Origin: Calditrichales bacterium
GTDB taxonomy: Bacteria > Calditrichota > Calditrichia > Calditrichales > J004
Reading direction: 5' to 3'
Assembly: GCA_015493745.1 (NCBI GenBank)
Contig: WGCN01000023.1
Coordinates: 38,568 to 102,567, forward strand
Length of the DNA: 64,000 nucleotides
The notes beneath the pieces are model-generated. The model had not been told where the DNA came from. It was given only the letters and a program-made list of their open reading frames with translations, and searched no databases. Below are positions 9,378-15,860 of the stretch, piece after piece (position 1 is the first letter of the stretch; each line of letters begins with the position of its first letter). The translations under genes were made by a program, and so were the position numbers.

Positions 9378-10702
9378 TGAACACCGCTCCCGTTGTAGTG
9401 ATTGCCCTGGATGGCGTTCCCTTTTCCTTGCTAAAAGGTTTTTTTGAACGGGGTAAAATGCCGCGCTTAAAACAGCTGGCGGGCCGCGGCGCCTTTAAGG
9501 AAATCGTTTCGGTTCAGCCGCCTCTTTCGGCTCCGGCCTGGGCCTCCTTTTTAACCGGGGGGCCTCCCCATGAGCATGGCATACTCAGTTTTACCGAGCG
9601 CGATGCACGCAGCCTGAACTGGTATACCCCTAATGCCGCTCACTTGCGGCGGCCCACACTTTTGCAAAAGCTGTCCGACAGGGGCAAGCGTGTTTTTAGC
9701 ATGAATGTTCCGGTTACTTATCCCCCCGGCAAGATAAACGGAATTTCCATTTGCGGCTTTTTGGGGCCGGATTTGGATCAGGGTGTTTATCCGCCCTCGG
9801 AAGTTCCTTTTCTGAAAAGCAGCGCCTACCGCATCGACAGCGATGTGAACCTGGCCAAAAAGGATTTGGGCGCTTTTTTGGAAGATTTGCATACGGTGCT
9901 GGATAAACGGCTGGAAATAGCGCGTCATTATGCTCTTCGTGAGCGGTGGGATCTGTTTATGGTGCATATTATGGAGACGGACCGGCTACATCATTTCACC
10001 TATGAATCCTTCCGCCGGGGCGATGGCGATATGATCCGTTTGTATGATGACCTGTATGGGAAGGTCGATCGTTTTATCGGCTGGATGGTGGATAATCATC
10101 CGGAAGACAGCCGGTTTGTACTGCTTTCCGATCATGGCTTTACGGTTTTAAAGCGGGAAATTTATCTTAATCACTGGTTGTGGCAACAGGGCTATCTACG
10201 CTTCACGCATCCGCGCCCGGCCAATTTACATCATATCCACGCGGACAGCCGGGCCTATAGCCTCTATCCGGGCCGTATTTATATCAACCTGTCGGGTCGG
10301 GAGAAAAACGGGCGGGTGACGGCCGGTGAATACGAGCATCTGCGCCATGAACTGACCGATCGTCTGTTGACTTTGAGAGACCCCGTGGACGGTAGGCCCG
10401 TGATCAAAGAGGTACTTCCGGGGGAAAGTGTTTACGCTGCCGTGGAGTTAACTGCCTTACATGATCCGTTGTTTTCTTTTTATCCCGATTTGTTGGCTGT
10501 CGCACATCCGGGTTATGATCTTAAAGGTATCTTATGGCATCCCGAACTGGCGGCAAAAACCGTATATAACGGTATGCATGGCTTTGATGATGCTTTTCTA
10601 ATTTCAACTGAGTCTGCCGTGTGTCAAAGATCCGGCTCCATCGTCGATGTGGGCCGGGAGGTATGGGCCTTGTTTGATGAAGAGGACGGTGTTCCGGCTT
10701 GA
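9374..10702 (+). CDS. Alkaline-phosphatase-superfamily protein (type I phosphodiesterase-like), paralogue of the upstream gene
   Basis: 442 aa. VIALDGVP, PPLSAPAWASFLTGGPPHEHGI, LSDHGF. ATGA start/stop overlap with the upstream gene. Confidence 0.75.
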   Translation: MMNTAPVVVIALDGVPFSLLKGFFERGKMPRLKQLAGRGAFKEIVSVQPPLSAPAWASFLTGGPPHEHGILSFTERDARSLNWYTPNAAHLRRPTLLQKLSDRGKRVFSMNVPVTYPPGKINGISICGFLGPDLDQGVYPPSEVPFLKSSAYRIDSDVNLAKKDLGAFLEDLHTVLDKRLEIARHYALRERWDLFMVHIMETDRLHHFTYESFRRGDGDMIRLYDDLYGKVDRFIGWMVDNHPEDSRFVLLSDHGFTVLKREIYLNHWLWQQGYLRFTHPRPANLHHIHADSRAYSLYPGRIYINLSGREKNGRVTAGEYEHLRHELTDRLLTLRDPVDGRPVIKEVLPGESVYAAVELTALHDPLFSFYPDLLAVAHPGYDLKGILWHPELAAKTVYNGMHGFDDAFLISTESAVCQRSGSIVDVGREVWALFDEEDGVPA

Positions 10703-10788
10703 TAGGAAAGATTCTCTTTTGGGAATAAAATTGTTTTGAAACTTATTGTTATTCCCGTAGATTTTTAGGATCGAATTCGTGGAGTATT

Positions 10789-11295
10789 ATGAAAAAATGG
10801 TATGTGTTGTACACCCGTCCCCGGCATGAAAAAAAAGTCCGGGATGGCCTGGAAGAGAAGAGTATTGAAGTTTTTCTGCCGTTGATCACCAAAACAGCGA
10901 TATATAAAAACCGTAAAAAGAAGAGTGAAGTCCCTCTTTTTGCCAGTTATGTTTTCAGCCGTTTTGACTATAAAGACCGTTTTTCCGTTTTGGAAACCCA
11001 CGGAGTGATCAAGCTGGTAAACTTTAAAGGGCAACCGGGTATTGTGCCTGACTGGCAAATCGAATCATTAAAACTGATGATGGAAAACCCGGAGAGCTTA
11101 CAGCTTGAGAACTATTTTCGGCAGGGTGACCTCGTGGAAGTGATTCATGGCCCTTTTAAAGGGATGCGGGGAACGGTCATGAACCGGAAGGGAGAAACCA
11201 GACTGGTGATAACCATCGACGGGATTTTGCAAACCCTGTCGGTAGAAATTGACAGCGACAGTGTGGAAGCCTGTAAAGCGGAGGAACCTGTATAA
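10789..11295 (+). CDS. NusG-family transcription antiterminator (UpxY/RfaH-like)
   Basis: 168 aa. NGN domain start KKWYVLYTRPRHEKKV; KOW motif GDLVEVIHGPFKGMRGTV. Confidence 0.8.
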   Translation: MKKWYVLYTRPRHEKKVRDGLEEKSIEVFLPLITKTAIYKNRKKKSEVPLFASYVFSRFDYKDRFSVLETHGVIKLVNFKGQPGIVPDWQIESLKLMMENPESLQLENYFRQGDLVEVIHGPFKGMRGTVMNRKGETRLVITIDGILQTLSVEIDSDSVEACKAEEPV

Positions 11296-11567
11296 TGCTA
11301 TTCCCCCGGCCTGAAGAGAAAGACCTTGCCGTTAAACGTTTTGGCTATCTGTTGTCCCTGGCGGCCATGGTAATTGCCAATGTCGGCATTGTAAACGAAT
11401 GGCCCAGCACTCCCATCTGGTTTTTGGTAACCATGTATCTTTTGCTGGGCAGCATGTGGATGCCGCAGTTGATACGCCCTTTTTACAGATGGTTTGGCCA
11501 CTATATTGTAAAACCGGACGATATATCCGATAAAAAGCCCCCGGATGATCTGTTCAATAGAAATTAG
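11295..11567 (+). CDS. Small membrane protein (hypothetical)
   Basis: 90 aa with two hydrophobic helices (YLLSLAAMVIANVGIV, IWFLVTMYLLLGSMW). Its start overlaps the upstream stop (TAATG). Confidence 0.5.
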   Translation: MLFPRPEEKDLAVKRFGYLLSLAAMVIANVGIVNEWPSTPIWFLVTMYLLLGSMWMPQLIRPFYRWFGHYIVKPDDISDKKPPDDLFNRN

Positions 11568-11575
11568 AAGGAATT

Positions 11576-12298
11576 ATGTACAAAGACAGTAATCTTCGTA
11601 CCATTTTAAAAACCATCTCCTGGCGTTTTACGGCCACGGCCACCACCATTACCCTGGTTTATCTTTTTACCGGTCAGATTCGTACGGCCATAGAAGTGGG
11701 GCTTCTGGAGCTTGTGGCCAAGATGATCATCTACTATCTGCATGAGAAGGGTTGGGCGCGGTTGAAGTTTGGCCGGGTGGAGATACCGGCCTATGTCATC
11801 TGGATTACCGGCATGCCTTATTCGGGTAAAACCACCCTGGGGAATATGCTTGCCGAAAGCCTGGAGAAGGATCAGCGAAAAATCCAACGCCTGGACAGCC
11901 ACACGGTACGGTCGCTTTTCCCCGAGACGGGATTCACGCGCGAGGAAGTGAATCGGCATATTAAAAGGGTGGGGCATCTGGCTTCGATTCTGGAAAAGAA
12001 CGGCATCATTGCCATTGCTTCCTTTGTTTCGCCCTATACGGAGAGCCGGGAATTTGTACGCGGTCTTTGCCGCAATTTCGTGGAAGTGCATCTTAAGTCG
12101 ACCGCGGAGTTTGCCCGTCAGTTTGACAAGGAAGGTTTTTTCGATCGAATTGCCAAAGGAGAGCTCCGGGATGTGCCCGGTGTGGATAAGCCCTATGAGT
12201 ATTGTGAAAAAACGGAGCTGAGCTTTGACATGCGACAGCATTCCTTGCAACAGGTACATGACGCCGTACTGACATATGTAAAAAAGGCCTATAATTAA
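11576..12298 (+). CDS. cysC: DUF2061 membrane domain fused to adenylylsulfate (APS) kinase
   Basis: N-terminus LKTISWRFTATA...KMIIYYLHEKGW is DUF2061-like. P-loop ITGMPYSGKTTLGN and IAIASFVSPY are typical of APS kinase. Confidence 0.8.
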   Translation: MYKDSNLRTILKTISWRFTATATTITLVYLFTGQIRTAIEVGLLELVAKMIIYYLHEKGWARLKFGRVEIPAYVIWITGMPYSGKTTLGNMLAESLEKDQRKIQRLDSHTVRSLFPETGFTREEVNRHIKRVGHLASILEKNGIIAIASFVSPYTESREFVRGLCRNFVEVHLKSTAEFARQFDKEGFFDRIAKGELRDVPGVDKPYEYCEKTELSFDMRQHSLQQVHDAVLTYVKKAYN

Positions 12299-12414
12299 TC
12301 CTTTTTTTTATGATCGGAAAAAGAGCATGATCCGCCATATCCTGTATTTTTTTTTATCCCGCACGAGTAATGGATTAGAGTCGTTAAATCATCTTATGAG
12401 TTTGTGAGTATATT

Positions 12415-13869
12415 TTGAAAGTTGGATTTATCTCATCGGAAGTTTATCCGTTTACAAAAACCGGTGGATTGGCCGATGTAAGCGGCGCCCTTGGTAAGTA
12501 CCTGGGAGAAAACGGGGTTGACATCCGTGTAATTACACCGCTTTATGCCCAAAGCAATGTACGTTCGGCGGATTTTCATCCGGTTGATTTTCTTCAGGGA
12601 CTCTCCGTTTCCTTTAACCACCGGAAGCTTTATTACTCCGTGTACACCGCGATCCTTCCCGGATCGTCTACCCCGGTTTATTTTATTGATTGTCCGGAGT
12701 TATACCACCGGGACAGTATTTATACCAACCATGAAGATGAGTATCTCCGTTTTGCTTTTTTAAACAGAGTATCCATAGAGATTTTTCAATACATGAACTG
12801 GGCTCCGGATATCATTCATTGTAATGACTGGCAAAGCGCGCTGATCCCGCTCTATTTAAAAACCTTATATAAATGGGACAAGCTGTTTAAAAATACACGT
12901 ACGCTATTGACCCTTCACAATGTGGGCTATCACGGTAACTTCCCTTTACATGTGGTACATGAACTGGGACTGACCGATTTTATGCCCCTGCTGGATGATT
13001 TTGATACCCGGCAGGGACGCTTTAACTTTCTTAAAACCGGGGTTATTTATGCGGATATGTTAAGTACGGTCAGTAAAACCTATGCGCGGGAAATCCAGAC
13101 GCCGGAATATGGCCATGGCATGGAGGCCATGCTGGCTTACCGCAGTCAGCGGCTGGTGGGTATAGTCAATGGTGTGGATTACACGGAGTGGAATCCGGAA
13201 ACGGACAGGGAAATCTGCAAAAACTATGGCCTGAAGACACTTAATTTAAAGGCGGAGAATAAGGCCTGCCTGTTGAATGAATTGAAAATGCCGTATCATT
13301 TTCAGCAACCGCTCATAGGCATGGTAAGTCGTTTGGTAGAGCAAAAGGGCGTCGATCTGATCGCGGAAGTTATGGAGGGCTTGCTGGAGGATTTTTCTTT
13401 CCAATTGATTGTGCTGGGCAGTGGCGAAGAGCGTTATGAGCGATATTTTTATGGATTGCAGGCGCGCAACCCGGAGCGGGTATTTTTTTATAGCGGGTAT
13501 AACAACACCCTTGCTCACCGGATTGAGGCCGGCGCGGATATATTCCTGATGCCCAGCAAATATGAACCCTGTGGCCTGAACCAGATATATAGCCTTAAAT
13601 ATGGTACCATTCCGGTTGTCCGGAAGACCGGGGGGTTGGCCGACACGGTAAAGGCTTATGATTGGCAAACGCAGCAAGGTACCGGTTTTGTTTTTGAACA
13701 TTATAATGCCGCCGGTTTACGGTGGGCCCTGGAACATGCCCTTAATACCTATGCCCATCCGGAGGCCTGGATGAAAATTCGCATACAGGCCATGAAAGAG
13801 GATTTCTCCTGGGACAGGCAGGTTCGGGAATATCTTAGTCTGTATCAAAAACTGTTAAAAATGGATTGA
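12415..13869 (+). CDS. glgA: Glycogen synthase (ADP-glucose type)
   Basis: 484 aa with a TTG start. N-terminal SEVYPFTKTGGLADV; C-terminal MPSKYEPCGLNQIY and TGGLADTV. Confidence 0.9.
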   Translation: MKVGFISSEVYPFTKTGGLADVSGALGKYLGENGVDIRVITPLYAQSNVRSADFHPVDFLQGLSVSFNHRKLYYSVYTAILPGSSTPVYFIDCPELYHRDSIYTNHEDEYLRFAFLNRVSIEIFQYMNWAPDIIHCNDWQSALIPLYLKTLYKWDKLFKNTRTLLTLHNVGYHGNFPLHVVHELGLTDFMPLLDDFDTRQGRFNFLKTGVIYADMLSTVSKTYAREIQTPEYGHGMEAMLAYRSQRLVGIVNGVDYTEWNPETDREICKNYGLKTLNLKAENKACLLNELKMPYHFQQPLIGMVSRLVEQKGVDLIAEVMEGLLEDFSFQLIVLGSGEERYERYFYGLQARNPERVFFYSGYNNTLAHRIEAGADIFLMPSKYEPCGLNQIYSLKYGTIPVVRKTGGLADTVKAYDWQTQQGTGFVFEHYNAAGLRWALEHALNTYAHPEAWMKIRIQAMKEDFSWDRQVREYLSLYQKLLKMD

Positions 13870-13941
13870 AACAATATTCAGATATAATCATTAGCTATAT
13901 GATGACAAAATGATTAAATTCTACGACTCTTTAAATTGTTC

Positions 13942-14296
13942 GGGGACGATACTGGATTCGACGGGCGAGTGAAGGGTGTAAACTGCGATTCGGGATCCCG
14001 GTTATCCCGTGATTAACCGGAAAAGCACATAAGTGCCGATAATAATTACGCACTGGCAGCTTAATTGACTGTCACGTTTCTCCTTCTCCAATTCACCGGG
14101 GTTGGATGAAACGCCAAATTGGGTGGATTAAACAGGGTTCATGCCTGTGGTTCTCTGTTTAACATTTACAGGCTGGTCAGCGTGTGTGGAGGGTGGTCGC
14201 GCCTGCAGGCTGACAAGAATTAAGCGATCACTATAATCGTAGATGTTTACATTGGTCCTCGTCCGGACCCGGGTTCAACTCCCGGCGTCTCCACTA
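13942..14296 (+). ncRNA. ssrA: tmRNA (SsrA), tag reading frame 14035-14064 encoding ADNNYALAA
   Basis: 5' ggggacgatactggattcgacggg; internal gcc gat aat aat tac gca ctg gca gct taa; 3' tRNA-like end ggacccgggttcaactcccggcgtctcca. Acceptor ggggacg pairs with cgtctcc. The CCA is not fully encoded. Confidence 0.9.
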
Positions 14297-14303
14297 AATT
14301 TTT

Positions 14304-14331
14304 ACCCGGCTTGTAAAAGGCCGGGTTTTTC
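14304..14331 (+). terminator. Rho-independent terminator after ssrA
   Basis: 7-bp stem acccggc/gccgggt followed by ttttt. Confidence 0.7.
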
Positions 14332-14373
14332 GTAAGCTGCATAAACGGGAGGGAAAAGGAGAGAGCGTAAGCG

Positions 14374-14517
14374 ATGAGCGGTACTGTTTTTTTGGTAATA
14401 CTTATTGCCGTTTTTCTGTTTTTTATGTACTATTCCCATGGTGAAGCGCGAAAGAGTGCTCTGAAAAGAAAGCGCATGATCGAGCGAATAAAAAACCGCC
14501 ATTCAGATGAATTTTAA
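14374..14517 (+). CDS. Possible 47-aa single-pass membrane peptide (below the ORF-track cutoff)
   Basis: AAGGAGAG RBS about 9 nt upstream of the ATG. Sequence MSGTVFLVILIAVFLFFMYYSHGEARKSALKRKRMIERIKNRHSDEF is one hydrophobic helix plus a basic tail. Confidence 0.3.
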   Translation: MSGTVFLVILIAVFLFFMYYSHGEARKSALKRKRMIERIKNRHSDEF

Positions 14518-14582
14518 GTTGACAGAAAATAATAGAGTGCGTATATTCAAGGCTCAAAATTGATAACTGATTTATGATTTAA

Positions 14583-14656
14583 GCGAGAGTAGCTCAGCTG
14601 GCTAGAGCACAACCTTGCCAAGGTTGGGGTCGCGGGTTCGAATCCCGTCTCTCGCT
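14583..14656 (+). tRNA. tRNA-Gly (anticodon GCC)
   Basis: The cloverleaf can be drawn by hand: acceptor gcgagag/ctctcgc, D stem gctc/gagc, anticodon stem caacc/ggttg with loop ttGCCaa, T arm gcggg-ttcgaat-cccgt. 74 nt. Confidence 0.9.
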
Positions 14657-14850
14657 CTTTTTTATTTTAAGATTTTTTCTTTGAAAAAGGGTATATCTTC
14701 CTTCCCTCATACATATTTCCGGCAAAAAAAATTTATAATACGAACATACGCCTGAAGTAGATAGGGTTGAGGGAGTATGGTTTCTGGTGCTCGTCCGGAC
14801 GGTCTGGATCAAAGAAAAAATCATCGTCACGTTTCCCCGGTTTCCCTAAG

Positions 14851-15004
14851 CGGGCCAGGTGGTTAAGGGAGAGGTCTGCAACCCGCCTTTGGCGGGCGAA
14901 TCCGGTCTCGCAATAGAAAAATTAGGCGACGTACCCAAGTGGTTAAGGGAGAGGTCTGCAACCCGCCTATGGCGGGCGAATCCGGCCTCGCAATAGAAAA
15001 ATTA
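14851..15004 (+). repeat. Two tandem tRNA-Cys-derived units (14851-14923, 14924-15004) with a GC hairpin replacing the anticodon 3'/T-arm 5' region
   Basis: Unit 2 matches tRNA-Cys positions 1-37 exactly, then continues cccgcc-tat-ggcggg-cgaatccggcctcgc-aatagaaaaaatta. Unit 1 is the same from the D loop onward, with loop ttt. Confidence 0.8.
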
Positions 15005-15077
15005 GGCGACGTACCCAAGTGGTTAAGGGAGAGGTCTGCAAAACCTTTATGCGCCGGTTCGAATCCGGCCGTCGCCT
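15005..15077 (+). tRNA. tRNA-Cys (anticodon GCA)
   Basis: Acceptor ggcgacg/cgtcgcc, 3-bp D stem ccc/ggg, anticodon stem gaggt/acctt with loop ctGCAaa, T arm gccgg-ttcgaat-ccggc, discriminator U. 73 nt. Confidence 0.9.
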
Positions 15078-15080
15078 CGA

Positions 15081-15326
15081 ATGTGTTACACGGTGTATGT
15101 TCTGGTAAGCGAACGCGATCATCGTCGTTACATCGGTTGTACAAGAGATTTGTCCCGCCGTTTGGAAGAGCACAATCGTGGCTTGGTTAAGTCCACCCGT
15201 CATCGTCGTCCGCTGCGCCTGGTTTACCGGGAGGAGTTTGAGACGAAGACCGAAGCACTCGGACGGGAACGGTTTTTCAAGACGGGACAGGGCCGATGCT
15301 GGCTAAAAGAAGTGGCCGGGGTGTGA
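15081..15326 (+). CDS. Small stand-alone GIY-YIG nuclease-superfamily protein, copy 1
   Basis: 81 aa. YTVYVLVSERDHRRYIGCTRDLSRRLEEHN gives the GIY / YIG / R..EH core. The ATG lies 3 nt after the tRNA-Cys discriminator, and there is no SD. Confidence 0.8.
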   Translation: MCYTVYVLVSERDHRRYIGCTRDLSRRLEEHNRGLVKSTRHRRPLRLVYREEFETKTEALGRERFFKTGQGRCWLKEVAGV

Positions 15327-15370
15327 GAGGTCTGCAACCCGCCTGAGGCGGGTGAATCCGGCCGTCGCCT
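15325..15370 (+). repeat. Truncated tRNA-Cys-derived unit (anticodon 5' strand + GC hairpin + perfect tRNA-Cys 3' end)
   Basis: Sequence gagaggtctgcaa-cccgcc-tga-ggcggg-tgaatccggccgtcgcct begins at the stop codon of GIY-YIG copy 1 (it overlaps the last 2 nt of the tga) and ends 3 nt before copy 2. Confidence 0.75.
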
Positions 15371-15373
15371 CGA

Positions 15374-15619
15374 ATGTGTTACACGGTGTATGTTCTGGTA
15401 AGCGAACGCGATCATCGTCGTTACATCGGTTGTACAAGAGATTTGTCCCGCCGTTTGGAAGAGCACAATCGTGGCTTGGTCAAGTCCACCCGTCATCGTC
15501 GTCCGTTGCGTTTGGTCTGTTCGGAGACCTACGAAACCAGGGCCGAAACGCAAAAGCGCGAGCATTATTATAAAACAGGTCAGGGGCGTGTCTGTTTGAA
15601 AGAAGCGGCGAAGGTATAG
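15374..15619 (+). CDS. Small stand-alone GIY-YIG nuclease-superfamily protein, copy 2
   Basis: 81 aa. The first ~46 codons are nearly identical to copy 1 and the C-terminal third is diverged. The ATG lies 3 nt after the tRNA-3'-end mimic. Confidence 0.8.
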   Translation: MCYTVYVLVSERDHRRYIGCTRDLSRRLEEHNRGLVKSTRHRRPLRLVCSETYETRAETQKREHYYKTGQGRVCLKEAAKV

Positions 15620-15672
15620 ATAAATAAAATCTTGCCCGCCATTGAACAATAAAAGCTGATAAAAAATTCCGT

Positions 15673-15760
15673 GCCGGGATGGTGGAATTGGTAGACACAA
15701 GGGACTTAAAATCCCTCGGGAGGTAATCCCGTGCCGGTTCGAGTCCGGCTCCCGGTACCA
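15673..15760 (+). tRNA. tRNA-Leu (anticodon UAA), CCA encoded
   Basis: Acceptor gccggga/tcccggt; anticodon arm aggga-ctTAAaa-tccct; long variable arm; T arm gccgg-ttcgagt-ccggc; ends in acca. Confidence 0.9.
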
Positions 15761-15770
15761 GTAAGAAAAG

Positions 15771-15802
15771 GGCTTTGGAGTTTAATCCAGAGCCTTTTTT
15801 TT
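15771..15802. terminator. Rho-independent terminator (bidirectional) after tRNA-Leu, facing the convergent kinase gene
   Basis: 9-bp stem ggctttgga/tccagagcc, then tttttttt. There is a T-rich run on the opposite strand as well. Confidence 0.75.
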
Positions 15803-15860
15803 GGTCTTATCCGCAGATAAAAATATTTTAAAACAGGAAAATAGTTTTTACTGAAGGGTT

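Noticed and set aside
14851-15004. Tandem 73-81-nt repeats that might be taken for a small CRISPR array
   Set aside because: There are only two units, and the whole unit repeats, so there are no unique spacers. The sequence is tRNA-Cys-derived, and there are no cas genes in the window.
14863-15700. ORF-track entries crossing the tRNA/repeat region (14863..15144 -, 14939..15190 +, 14967..15203 -, 15224..15700 -, 15352..15573 +)
   Set aside because: They read through tRNA genes and repeats or run antisense to the GIY-YIG genes. They have no RBS and their composition is driven by the repeats.
13942-15760. The ssrA/tRNA cluster as the attachment site of a prophage or genomic island
   Set aside because: There is no integrase, recombinase or phage gene, and no downstream duplicate of the ssrA, tRNA-Gly or tRNA-Leu 3' end. 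The flanking genes are housekeeping or motility genes. Only the tRNA-Cys duplications are kept as findings.
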